Source: an uncultured Planctomycetaceae bacterium | Lineage (GTDB): Bacteria; Planctomycetota; Planctomycetia; Isosphaerales; Isosphaeraceae | Direction of reading: 5' to 3' | NCBI GenBank assembly: GCA_963833985.1 | Contig: CAWIAD010000001.1 | Coordinates: 2,176,001 to 2,240,000 of the forward strand | Length of the DNA stretch: 64,000 nucleotides | Part shown: positions 42,817 through 51,993 of the stretch, one piece after another | How positions within the stretch are numbered: the stretch's first letter is position 1 | Layout of the letters: every line of letters starts with the position of its first letter | Notes under the pieces: generated by a model | Databases searched by the model: none | Told to the model about the DNA's origin: nothing | Seen by the model: only the letters and a program-made list of their open reading frames with translations | Position numbers and translations under genes: made by a program

Positions 42817-44772
42817 TTAGTTCCTCGGCCGGGCCGCCGAGCCGCCAAGCTCGGCGTGCAGGCTGACCACGGCCCCATCGCGGCGCACGACCACATCCAC
42901 CTTGTCACCCGGCTTGTAGCCTCTGAGGCTTTCCATGTAGTCGTAGATCGTCGCGATGGGCTTGCCGCCGATGCGGATGATCGTGTCGCCGCCCTTGAGC
43001 CCGGCCTTCGCCGCGGGACCGCCCTCGCGCACGCCGTTGATTTTCATGCCGGCCTTGGCCTCGTCGGCATAGTCGGGCATGACCCCCAGGGTCACAGCCA
43101 TCCCGGCCGAGGCCGATGCCGAGGCTGGCTGACCTGCGCGGGTGTTCCGCCCCGGAACGGCCAGCCGCGTGAACGCGGGACGCTCGGGCCGGCGCACCAG
43201 GTCAAGCACGATCAGCTCCATGTAGTCCGCAATCCGCGCCATGCCCGCGTAGTTGATCTTGTCCGAATCGTCGCTGGGGCGATGGTAGTCGGAGTGAATG
43301 CCCGTGAAGGCGAAGAGCACCGGAATGCCGTGGCCGTAGAAGGATTGATGATCGCTGCCGCCGAAGCCGTCGGTCATGCCCGCCACCTTCTTGATGACCA
43401 GGCCTGTGGATTTGCCCAGGACCTCGACCAGGGGGTCGATCCCCGGACTGGTCCCCGTGCCGATCATGGTCAGCTCGTTCTTGCCGTTGAGCCGGCCGAT
43501 CATGTCGAAATTGACCATCATCACCGTGGTGGCAAGGGGGTAGAGCGGGTGCTCCACGTAATACTGAGAGCCAAGCAGCCCACGCTCCTCGCCGGAGAAC
43601 GCCATGAAGACGACCCGGCGGGGGAGCGGATCGCGCCGGGCCGCCAGCCGCCGCGCGATTTCCAGCACCATCGCCGTTCCCGAGGCATTGTCGTCGGCAC
43701 CGTTGTGAATTTCGGATGAGAGGAATGCCAGCGATCCAGACAGGAGCCCGCCGCGGCCAAGGTGGTCATAATGCCCGCCGATGATGACGGTCTCGTCCGC
43801 CGTGGGGCCGGAACCCTCGAGCACGCCGATCACGTTCTCGGTCTCCACCGAGGGACGGTCGATGGCCAGCTTCGCGTCCAGGCTCACCCCCTCGAGCAAT
43901 CGCGACCGCGGCTTCAGGTCGGCATCAATCTGCTTTTCCAGCTCGGCGAGGCCCGGCGCGCCAGCGGCGGAGAGGACCTCGTCCGCGAAATGACGCGACA
44001 CCATCGCGAAGGGGAGGGCGGTGATCACCTCGGGACCCGCCGCGGCCAGTCCCAGAACCCGGTCCTCCTCACCGCGCAGCCCCGCCAGGTCGTTCACCAG
44101 CAGCACCACCGCTGCGCCGTGCTGGAAGGCGTTGGTCGCCTTGTGCCGGAAGGTGGCGTAGTCGCTCGTCCGCTTGCCGGCGAAGGGGCTGTCGTCGCGG
44201 TCCTGCTGAGGTTCACGGCGGATGATCAGCACGGCCTTGCCGCGCACGTCCATCCCGGCGTAATCGTCATAATCGAGCTGCAAGGCGCTGTCCTTCGCCG
44301 TGATGCCGTAGCCGGCGAAGACGATGGGCATCTGCTCCGCCGAGCCGCTGGAGCCGATTGCCAGCGGACTGAACTCGGTTTTCAGCTCCGCCGTCAACAC
44401 CCTACCGCCAGGGGCACGGACGGCCAGCTCCTGGGGCTTGCCCAGGGTGGGCCGGCCGGAAAGCTTGAACTTCTGGAAGTAATTGTCGGCTCCCGGCGCC
44501 GGCTTGAGTCCCAGCTTCTGAAAGGTCGTGGCGATGTACTGTGCCGAGTCCTCGATGCCCTTGCTCCCCGGCGCTCGTCCCTCGCGGGCATCCGCTGCCA
44601 GGAACGTCACGTCGGCGCGCAACCGCTGCTCGGCCGGTGCCAGCGCGGACGTCACCCGATGAGCAGTCGTGTCCGACCCCCGGTCGTCCGCATGGAGCGC
44701 GGCCTGAAACGTCAGCCAGCAGGCCACGGCGCAGCTCAGCAGGCGTCCCGCGAACAGCCCGGCTCTCCTCAT
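42817..44772 (-). CDS. M28 aminopeptidase with PA and C-terminal PDZ domains
   Basis: Signal peptide, VFAGYGI, GGHYDHLG, NGADDNASG, FSGEERGLLGS, SDHQSF, YHRPSD, LGVMPDY...GPAAKAGL. Confidence 0.92.
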   Translation of the reverse strand: MRRAGLFAGRLLSCAVACWLTFQAALHADDRGSDTTAHRVTSALAPAEQRLRADVTFLAADAREGRAPGSKGIEDSAQYIATTFQKLGLKPAPGADNYFQKFKLSGRPTLGKPQELAVRAPGGRVLTAELKTEFSPLAIGSSGSAEQMPIVFAGYGITAKDSALQLDYDDYAGMDVRGKAVLIIRREPQQDRDDSPFAGKRTSDYATFRHKATNAFQHGAAVVLLVNDLAGLRGEEDRVLGLAAAGPEVITALPFAMVSRHFADEVLSAAGAPGLAELEKQIDADLKPRSRLLEGVSLDAKLAIDRPSVETENVIGVLEGSGPTADETVIIGGHYDHLGRGGLLSGSLAFLSSEIHNGADDNASGTAMVLEIARRLAARRDPLPRRVVFMAFSGEERGLLGSQYYVEHPLYPLATTVMMVNFDMIGRLNGKNELTMIGTGTSPGIDPLVEVLGKSTGLVIKKVAGMTDGFGGSDHQSFYGHGIPVLFAFTGIHSDYHRPSDDSDKINYAGMARIADYMELIVLDLVRRPERPAFTRLAVPGRNTRAGQPASASASAGMAVTLGVMPDYADEAKAGMKINGVREGGPAAKAGLKGGDTIIRIGGKPIATIYDYMESLRGYKPGDKVDVVVRRDGAVVSLHAELGGSAARPRN

Positions 44773-44800
44773 CGTCTTGCTTTCGCTTTCCCACACGCGG

Positions 44801-44890
44801 CAGCGCATCCCAGAAGTCCTTTCGTCGCAAGTCCAGGTCATCTCGAGCGACTTGATTCTCAAGTGTGGCCGCGAGATCGTCAAGCGCGGC
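44801..44890. repeat. ~90-bp direct repeat, copy 1
   Basis: Matches 46684-46772 with 5 substitutions and 1 indel; internal hairpin ATCTCG...CTTGA-TTC-TCAAG...CGAGAT. Confidence 0.92.
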
Positions 44891-45375
44891 TGATTGCAGG
44901 CCGGGGGTGATTTCTTGCGGTGAGCCATCTCCATCACCGGCCCTCAGTCACGCGCTTCTGGCCGCCTTCCTCCCTCGTCGGAATTGGGTCCGTTCGCTCT
45001 CGCCGCGGGACCAAGGTACCGAACTTAACTCCTTGTCAAACTGAAACTTATAATGTTATTCTGGATTGGCTTCGTTCGGCCGCTTGCTCGCGTGAGTCGC
45101 TGGCGAATCGCGTCCCGCTGTGCCGCCAGCCGGACCGACCGCACCCGCTGCCCGAGGTCATGGGCCGTGCGCTCGTGTGCACCGTCGATCCCATTACCAG
45201 GCAGCTTCCGCACGGTGTCGTCCTCCTTCAGTTTACGGCCGGACGGCCCGGCGCCTGCGAACTTCCTGGCCGCTGGCTTTTCTTCCGATGGCGAAGTCAG
45301 GACTTCTTGCCCGTGCGGCGCCGCCGTGAACCTCGCGCTGACCCTGCAGCGGCTCTTCTCGATTCGTGCAAGATC

Positions 45376-45428
45376 GTTCGCGTTTTGCGAACTTCCGCCT
45401 TGACCGTTCGTGATCTGCGAACGAGAAT
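45376..45428 (+). promoter_or_regulatory. higBA promoter (TTGACC-N17-GAGAAT) with two GTTCG-N7-CGAAC palindromes
   Basis: Palindromes at 45376-45392 and 45405-45423, the latter filling the promoter spacer; -35 at 45400-45405, -10 at 45423-45428. Confidence 0.7.
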
Positions 45429-45458
45429 ACTGTCTGATGGCAAAACCAGGAGTCGCGG

Positions 45459-45842
45459 ATGCGAGTTGTCTCCAAGGCTCGTCTGAAGCAGTTCTGGGAG
45501 TCTCCGGGTCACGAGGATGCCAGAGGACCGCTCCGGGCGTGGTATACGCACGTCAACAGCAAGACGATCTCGTGGCAATCTTGGGGAGATGTGAAAGCCT
45601 CATTCGCAAGTGCAAGGATTATAGGCGACTGCATCGTCTTCAATATCGGCGGCAACAAGTACCGGCTGATAAGCCGCATTCACTACGCGACCCAGAAGGT
45701 GTATGTCCTGAAGGTGATGACTCACGGCGAATACGACGAAGACAGGTGGAAGGGCGAATGTGGGTGTTTTGAGACACTTCCACCATCGCAGAGCAAGAAG
45801 ACAGTCCCGACCAGGCCGCCCACTACAAGGAAACGACCATGA
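45459..45842 (+). CDS. higB: HigB mRNA interferase toxin
   Basis: MRVVSKARLKQFW, LRAWY, VFNIGGNKYRLI, MTHGEYD. Confidence 0.92.
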   Translation: MRVVSKARLKQFWESPGHEDARGPLRAWYTHVNSKTISWQSWGDVKASFASARIIGDCIVFNIGGNKYRLISRIHYATQKVYVLKVMTHGEYDEDRWKGECGCFETLPPSQSKKTVPTRPPTTRKRP

Positions 45843-46270
45843 CGGCAAACACGAAGTTCAGTCTCAAGGGGGCAGGGCGTGACGTGTACCTCAAGCTTGT
45901 GACGGCCTTTCCACTTGCTTCGATCAAGTCGGACGAGCAGCTTCAAGAATCGCAGAAAGTCATGGACCAGCTTCTTGCGCGAGGCGAGCTCAAGGTTGGA
46001 GAGGAAATGTACCTCGACGCGCTCAGCGACCTCGTTGCCGCATACGAGGACGAACACGACCCGATCGAGCCTGCTTCGGACGCTGACATGCTGCGCCATT
46101 TGATGGAAGCCAAGGGCGTGACACAGGCGCAGCTCAGCAGGGACACGATGGTCCCCAAGTCCACGATCTCCGAGATCCTCGCGGGGAAGAAGCATCTGAG
46201 CCGCCAGATGATTCGTAAGTTCGCGGACTATTTCCAGGTGGACGTGAGCTTACTCGCCGCCAACTTTTGA
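45839..46270 (+). CDS. higA: HigA HTH antitoxin
   Basis: ATGA overlap with higB; LVAAYE, LRHLMEAKGVTQAQL, STISEILAGK XRE-type HTH. Confidence 0.92.
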   Translation: MTANTKFSLKGAGRDVYLKLVTAFPLASIKSDEQLQESQKVMDQLLARGELKVGEEMYLDALSDLVAAYEDEHDPIEPASDADMLRHLMEAKGVTQAQLSRDTMVPKSTISEILAGKKHLSRQMIRKFADYFQVDVSLLAANF

Positions 46271-46356
46271 CATCGGACTGGCGCAGCTTGCGCTGGGTGT
46301 AAAGGGCTTCCAGGTCATCAGAGAAGGGAAAAGAAGGGAAATGGGCCAAGGAAGGG

Positions 46357-46424
46357 AAAGGGACCATCACTGAATAGCTATCTTCTGCGCCACAAACATT
46401 CGATATTAGTGATATCCCATTTTT
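46357..46424. repeat. Imperfect REP-like inverted repeat
   Basis: AAAGGGACCATCACTGAAT ... ATTAGTGATATCCCATTTT arms in an AT-rich patch, preceded by repeated GAAGGGAAA. Confidence 0.55.
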
Positions 46425-46446
46425 CTGATCCGTTTTTCTGATCCCC

Positions 46447-46554
46447 GACCGCCCGCTGGGCAACCCAATCTGGACCCTGGCGACGACCAGAGACCTCGGA
46501 TTGGCATACAGCCTCCACCCGCGCGGAAGACCGCGAAAGCCTACCGGGCCCTGA
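46447..46554 (+). mobile_element. Remnant C-terminus of a REP-associated tyrosine (Y1/RAYT-like) transposase
   Basis: Start-less frame DRPLGNPIWTLATTRDLGLAYSLHPRGRPRKPTGP* resembles the RPxG...W...LGL...LRPRGRPRK tail of these enzymes; adjacent to the palindrome. Confidence 0.55.
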
Positions 46555-46683
46555 GTCCGAGCCTGAGACGGCCCGACCCGATCCGCAGTGTCGTCCAGTC
46601 GAGAATAAACAGGATCGGAGCGGTAATCCCCTTAATCCCTATATCGCCTCGAAAATGAGCAGTGGCCCCTTACCGCCCCCCGA

Positions 46684-46772
46684 CAGCACATGCCAGAAGC
46701 CCTTTCGTCGCAAGTCCAGGTCATCTCGTGCGCTTGATTCTCAAGTGTGGCCGCGAGATCGTCAAGCGCAGC
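46684..46772. repeat. ~90-bp direct repeat, copy 2
   Basis: Near-identical to 44801-44890, same orientation. Confidence 0.92.
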
Positions 46773-46889
46773 GCGAAGGACCAGCATGCCTCTTTCTGCG
46801 CCGGCGCGTTGCACGGATCACCACGATTTGATAAGCTTTCTGCGGCAATCTGACACTTGTCTTTGTCTCGTGCCCTGGGGAATCGAGCC

Positions 46890-48209
46890 ATGATCCGCGC
46901 CCGCTGGATGAATCGAGTGCTCGTACGAAGCTTGCTGGCCGTGCTGGCCCTGCTGGCGCCGGCGCCCGGATCGCCGGTCTGGGCCCAGGGCGAGGTGAGC
47001 GACGCGGCGCTGCGGGACCGGGTGCTCCAGCTTCTGGAGCGGCTCGACGACCCCAAGCCGGAATCGCGCGATTCGGCCGAAACGCGTCTCATCAACCTGG
47101 GCCCGAGGATCTTGCCCCTGCTGCCCGACGCCGCAGGCGTTGCCGGCAACGACCGCAAGGAGCGGCTGGAGCGCATCCGCGCCGCACTGCGGAAAGCTCA
47201 GGAGGATGTGGGAACCGGTCCCAGCAAGGTGACCATCCAGGCCAAAGGAATCCGTCTTTCCGAAGCACTCGGCCTGCTCCAGAAGCAGACCGGCAACGGC
47301 GTCAGCGACATCCGCGAGCAACTTGGCGGTGAGACCACCAATCCCGCCTTCGACCTGAGCATCAAGGACCTGCCGTTTCTTGAGGCGCTCGACCGCGTCG
47401 CCCGCGCCGGCGAGGTCGCGCTCAACGCGTTCACCGGCGACGGCACGATCGGCATCACGGCGGGGACGATCCCGAAAGAGGCGCTCATCCAGTACAAGGG
47501 GCCTTTTCGCATCGCCTTCAAACAGCTCTCCGAGCTCCGCGACCTGCAAACGGGTATGACGACAGCGAACGCGCAGCTTGAAGTTGGCTGGGAGCCCCGG
47601 CTGCGCCCCATGCTCTTGACGCTCAAGGCGGACGGCGTGCAGGTGCGGGACGACAGGAACCGCGAGATCAAGCCGCAGACCATGATGGAGTCCAATGAGG
47701 TGGTGCTTCGCCCGGAGAACCCCGCGGCCGAGATCAACCTGAATCTCGAGGCGCCCGATCGCTCGGCCGTGAAGCTCGCGCGTGTCCAGGTGAAGGCTGA
47801 GGTCACCCTGCCGGCCGGCATCAAGACCTTCCGGTTCCCCAGCCTGGCCCAGCCGAACGTCACCCAGACCCAGGGCGACGTGAGCGTGACGCTCCAGAAC
47901 ATGGAAGTGGACGAGCAGGTGTGGAAGGTGAACGTCGAATTGACCTATCCGGCGGACGGCCCGGCGTTCGAGAGCTACCGCCAGGGCCTGTTCAACAACC
48001 GGATCTGGTTGCAGAGGGCCGACGGCTCGAAGTTCGACCACAACGGCGGCTTTTCCAACACCAGCTCCGATGGCGGCAAGCTCGGTTTTGAGTACCTGTT
48101 CGTGGACGCCCCCGGCAAGCCGGCCGATTACCAGCTCGTCTACGAGACCCCCAGCAAGGTGGTCACCATCCCGCTCGAATTCGAGTTCAAGGACGTGCCC
48201 CTGCCGTGA
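46890..48209 (+). CDS. Secreted hypothetical protein
   Basis: Signal peptide ending VWA-Q, short helical HEAT-like segment, two STN-like segments (IRLSEAL, LPFLEALD), beta-rich C-terminus; strong codon bias. Confidence 0.8.
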   Translation: MIRARWMNRVLVRSLLAVLALLAPAPGSPVWAQGEVSDAALRDRVLQLLERLDDPKPESRDSAETRLINLGPRILPLLPDAAGVAGNDRKERLERIRAALRKAQEDVGTGPSKVTIQAKGIRLSEALGLLQKQTGNGVSDIREQLGGETTNPAFDLSIKDLPFLEALDRVARAGEVALNAFTGDGTIGITAGTIPKEALIQYKGPFRIAFKQLSELRDLQTGMTTANAQLEVGWEPRLRPMLLTLKADGVQVRDDRNREIKPQTMMESNEVVLRPENPAAEINLNLEAPDRSAVKLARVQVKAEVTLPAGIKTFRFPSLAQPNVTQTQGDVSVTLQNMEVDEQVWKVNVELTYPADGPAFESYRQGLFNNRIWLQRADGSKFDHNGGFSNTSSDGGKLGFEYLFVDAPGKPADYQLVYETPSKVVTIPLEFEFKDVPLP

Positions 48210-48271
48210 GGCAGGAGAACTCGCGGGCCAGATGAGCCGCCGGCCGGTCTGTACCATACATCCCGCCCCGT

Positions 48272-49453
48272 CTATGCACTCGAGCCCGCGGCAAGAGGTG
48301 CCTGGGGAGCGGCCATGAGGGCGGTGCGCACGCGGTTCTCGAATGTCGTGTCCTCGGAGAGCGCCTTGAGGAAGTCGTCCTTGTGCAGCACGTACAGCTC
48401 CATTTCCGTGCGCGCCACGACCGTCAGGCGAATGGGCCGCTTGAAGTAGGCCGTGATCATGCCGAAGCTCTCGCCAAAGCAGAGCTCCTCGACGAAGGCG
48501 CCGTCGGCAAAGCCGTCGGCGATGCCGGAGCCCACGACATAAAAGCGGTCGCCTTCTTCACCCTCGCGGACGATTGTTTCGCCCGGTAAGCGCGTCTCCA
48601 CGGTCATGCGGCTGGCGATCCGCGAGAGCGTCCCCTCACCGAGCCCCTTGAGCGCTTCCAGCTCGGCCAGGGCACGGCAGATGCGTACGGCAATGCGGGT
48701 GAGCGAGTTGGTCACGATCCGGCCGGCGACCATGTTCACGATGCGATCGGCATGGTCGATCACGCGCTGATCGTGCGTGACCAGGAGGACCGTGGTCCTG
48801 AGCGGCCCGTCGGCCATGCGCCGCAAGACCTCGAGTACCGTCTTGCTGGACTCGGCGTCGAGCGAGGCCGTCGGCTCGTCGGCAAGCACCAGAGCCGGCT
48901 CATTCACCAGGGCGCGCGCGATGGCCACGCGCTGCTTCTGGCCGCCGGAGAGCTCCGCCGGGCGATGAGCGATACGATCGCCGAGCCCGAGCCTCTCCAG
49001 CATCGCCGCGCAGCGCCGGTTCATCTCGGTCACGCTGCCAGGCCGCAGGGCCGTCGCCATGCGTACGTTCTCGATCGCCGATAGCGAGCTGAACAGGTTG
49101 TGCTGCTGAAAGATGAAGCCGATATTCTTGCGTAGCTCCACCTGCTGGCCCGCCGTCGCGCGGGAGAGATCGCGGCCCAGGACTTCCAGGCGTCCTTCCT
49201 GCATGCCGCGGAGCGCGCCGATGAGAGTGAGCAAGGTGGACTTGCCCGAGCCGGACGGTCCGGTCATGATCACGACCTCGCCACGGCTGATCTCCAGGGT
49301 GTTGTCGAAGAGCACCTGGGTGCGGGTCTCGCCCTTGCCATAGGCGTAGTTCACATGGACGGCGCGGATCACCACGTCGGCCCGGGCCGGCTGCATCACG
49401 GCCACGGAGGTGAGCGTGGAAAACGTCCCGGTCTCGCTGACGGCGGCACTCAA
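48272..49453 (-). CDS. devA: DevA-type ABC ATPase fused to a C-terminal cNMP-binding domain
   Basis: [37 protein letters not shown]; then [17 protein letters not shown]...GESFG. TTG start after AAGGAG. Confidence 0.88.
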   Translation of the reverse strand: MSAAVSETGTFSTLTSVAVMQPARADVVIRAVHVNYAYGKGETRTQVLFDNTLEISRGEVVIMTGPSGSGKSTLLTLIGALRGMQEGRLEVLGRDLSRATAGQQVELRKNIGFIFQQHNLFSSLSAIENVRMATALRPGSVTEMNRRCAAMLERLGLGDRIAHRPAELSGGQKQRVAIARALVNEPALVLADEPTASLDAESSKTVLEVLRRMADGPLRTTVLLVTHDQRVIDHADRIVNMVAGRIVTNSLTRIAVRICRALAELEALKGLGEGTLSRIASRMTVETRLPGETIVREGEEGDRFYVVGSGIADGFADGAFVEELCFGESFGMITAYFKRPIRLTVVARTEMELYVLHKDDFLKALSEDTTFENRVRTALMAAPQAPLAAGSSA

Positions 49454-49470
49454 GCGGGGTCTCCTTTCAG

Positions 49471-50700
49471 TCAGGCGAAGAGCTGGGCAGGATCCACGGA
49501 CAGCAGCTTCCGTGCCGCGTAGGCGGCGGAGAGCACGCACATCACCACGGCCAGCGCCAGGATGGCCAGCGGATCGTTCCGCGATAGGTCCAGGGGCAAG
49601 CCGGTCGCCTCGTGCACCCACCCGAAGAGCAGGACGCTCACGATCAGGCCCGCCGCGTAACCCAGAAGCGCCAGGTAGACACCCTGCATCACCACCACGC
49701 GGAAGAGGCGAAAGTTCGAGTATCCCATCGCCTTGAGCGTGGCGAACTCGCCGAGCCGGTCGCTGATGTCCGAGAACAGCACCTGGTAGCAGATCACGCA
49801 GCCGACAATGAATCCCATGACCACGCCGATGAAGAACACCGTGCCGATCGGCGCCACCTTGTCCCAGAAGTCGCGCTCCCTGGCGATGAACTCCTCGAGC
49901 GTGAGCACGCGCACGTCGTCCGGCAGGGCAGCCCGCAGCGCTCCGCAAACGGAGGCGATGTCGGCACCGGGGCGAACCCTGAGCACGCCGATCGTCACCC
50001 TCTGGTCCCCCTCTTCGCGGCCGGCAAGATCCGGGAAGATCCGCAGCAGGTTGCGATCGCTCATGATCAGGTTGCCATTGGACTGTGAGTTGATCCCCAG
50101 CTTGAACAGGCCAATGATCCGGATGGTGTGGCCCGAGAGCTCGGAGACCTGCCCCGCGGCAAACTCGCCGAACCGCGAAGACCGCGAAAGCGCATCGGCG
50201 AGCGCCGTGTCGGGCTCGCCCAGCCGCACCCGATTCTGCTTCACCTCGTCGAGATTCAGGACGTCATCGCCGGGGGCGACGCCAATCACGCAGATGCGGT
50301 CGAGCGAGCCATCGGAAGGCTGCCGCCAGTAGCCGAATCGCGTGACCACGTAGACCGGGCTGGCGTCCACCACGTCCGGAACGCCCTTGGCCTGGATCAT
50401 GCGGCGAAGCGGGAAGTTATAGGGAATGGCCAGAGTGTAGAGGGTACGGCCGAGAATCACGATCTGGCCGTCGAGGCGCTCGATCACGTTCACCATGCTG
50501 TCCAGCATGGCGTGGCGAAAGCCGTTTTCCATGAACATGAGCGTGACCGCGAAGGCCGTACCCGCCACCGAGGCCAGCAGCCTGCGCTTGTTCTCCGTCA
50601 GGTTGCGCCAGGCCAGCGGGATGATCGATCGGGGACGCGGCACGCTTCCGTTCCTCACCCTTCCGTTTCGTTTCGAGAAACGCCGGCCCGTGCCGGACAT
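49471..50700 (-). CDS. devC: DevC-type (FtsX-like) ABC permease
   Basis: PLAWRNL, FAVTLMFMENGF, ALPDDVRVLT, YQVLFSD, EFATLKAMGY. Confidence 0.88.
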   Translation of the reverse strand: MSGTGRRFSKRNGRVRNGSVPRPRSIIPLAWRNLTENKRRLLASVAGTAFAVTLMFMENGFRHAMLDSMVNVIERLDGQIVILGRTLYTLAIPYNFPLRRMIQAKGVPDVVDASPVYVVTRFGYWRQPSDGSLDRICVIGVAPGDDVLNLDEVKQNRVRLGEPDTALADALSRSSRFGEFAAGQVSELSGHTIRIIGLFKLGINSQSNGNLIMSDRNLLRIFPDLAGREEGDQRVTIGVLRVRPGADIASVCGALRAALPDDVRVLTLEEFIARERDFWDKVAPIGTVFFIGVVMGFIVGCVICYQVLFSDISDRLGEFATLKAMGYSNFRLFRVVVMQGVYLALLGYAAGLIVSVLLFGWVHEATGLPLDLSRNDPLAILALAVVMCVLSAAYAARKLLSVDPAQLFA

Positions 50701-50701
50701 C

Positions 50702-51982
50702 TCAGAAAAGCTCAGCCGGCTCGGCCCCGCGGAGCTTGGAGAGCGAGAGCAAGCCCGAGAAGAAGCCCACCGCGAGTGCCAGGCCCAGGCTGATCAAGAG
50801 GTTTTCGGCAGTCAATCGCATGGGGATTCCGGCCAGCTCCTCGGTCACACGGTACACCACGCCGGCCAGCAGGACAGCCAGCATGTAGGAAATTACCATG
50901 TAAATGAGCGATTGTTCAATCACCACGCGCCCCAGCCGGCGCGGAGAGTAGCCCATGGCCTTGAGCGTGGCATACTCGGGCAAGTGCTCGCGGACGTCGT
51001 TGGAGAGCACCTGGTAGACCACCACTGCGGCCACGGCCATGGCTACCAAGACACCGAAGGCGAAGAGCTGGCCGGTCGAGGTCTGGTTCACCCAGTGGTC
51101 GGTCTCGCGGTCGAGGATCTCCGCGCGGGTCAGCACCTCCACGTCCGCCGGCAGCCGTTTTCGGAGCTCGTCATGCGCGGCGTCTGCCTGCCCTGGCTTG
51201 ACCCGCAGAAACCCGAAGCTCACCTGGCCTGGTGGGAACCGGCACAGCCGCTGGAAGTTAAGATCGCTACAGATCACGGTGGAATCGGCCGCGAAGCCGC
51301 GCAGCATGGGGAAGCCGCCGGCCAGAGTGACCGCGTGGCTGCCCAGTTCCCAGTGTGTGACACGGTCGCGGATCTGCCAGCCGAAATCGGGATGCGACTG
51401 CTCGTTCAGCAGCACCCGGTTCTCGAGCTGGAACTGCTCCCTGGCGGCCTCGACGTGCCTGCGGATCGGCTCATCGAAGGGGTTCTTCGCGAGGTCGATC
51501 CCGATCACGAAGAGCTCCCTGCGCTGGAGGGGACGGGGCAGCCGCGCACCGGCGAGCCAGCGCGTGAGCGGGCCCGGCGAGGGCTCCGCGCCGTGATCGG
51601 CCACCGTGCTGCCGGCGGGGTAAGCCGGGCACCGCCAGAGCTCGAACGTCGCGTACATCGGCGCGGCGCCCTGCACGGAGTCGACGTCCTGGGCGAGGGC
51701 CAGGCGATCACGGGGGAAAAAACCGGCCGCGTAGAATTGCTCGTACCGCGGCGAGAGCAGCACGAGGTCGAAGAGGATCTGCTCGAAATTGTTACGTGCG
51801 GTGATCCGTACGGCCTCCAGGAATCCAAGCTGGAGCAGGACCATGGTCAGCGAGAAGGCGACACCCGAGACCGCCGCCAGCGACCGCCTGCCCCCGTGGA
51901 CCACATTGCGCAGGGCGAGTGGCGGAGTGCGAAGCATGGGTGACGGCAATGCTCTGATGGCGAACTTCTCCGGTTGCATCAC
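50702..51982 (-). CDS. devC: DevC-type ABC permease, second paralogue
   Basis: PLALRN, LLQLGF, LPADVEVLT, YQVLSNDV, EYATLKAMGY. Confidence 0.88.
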   Translation of the reverse strand: MMQPEKFAIRALPSPMLRTPPLALRNVVHGGRRSLAAVSGVAFSLTMVLLQLGFLEAVRITARNNFEQILFDLVLLSPRYEQFYAAGFFPRDRLALAQDVDSVQGAAPMYATFELWRCPAYPAGSTVADHGAEPSPGPLTRWLAGARLPRPLQRRELFVIGIDLAKNPFDEPIRRHVEAAREQFQLENRVLLNEQSHPDFGWQIRDRVTHWELGSHAVTLAGGFPMLRGFAADSTVICSDLNFQRLCRFPPGQVSFGFLRVKPGQADAAHDELRKRLPADVEVLTRAEILDRETDHWVNQTSTGQLFAFGVLVAMAVAAVVVYQVLSNDVREHLPEYATLKAMGYSPRRLGRVVIEQSLIYMVISYMLAVLLAGVVYRVTEELAGIPMRLTAENLLISLGLALAVGFFSGLLSLSKLRGAEPAELF

Positions 51983-51993
51983 TCAGCGGCCTG

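Noticed and set aside
45033..45054. TTGTCA...TATAAT promoter-like pair
   Set aside because: Spacer is only 10 bp.
45025..45213. 62-aa minus-strand ORF with AAGGAGG upstream inside the TA cassette
   Set aside because: No recognisable motif, and the frame stays open upstream, so the RBS may be coincidental; at most a gene remnant.
44801..46772. Direct repeats as CRISPR repeats or integron attC sites
   Set aside because: Only two copies 1.8 kb apart, too long for CRISPR, no cas or intI gene, and no RYYYAAC/GTTRRRY ends.
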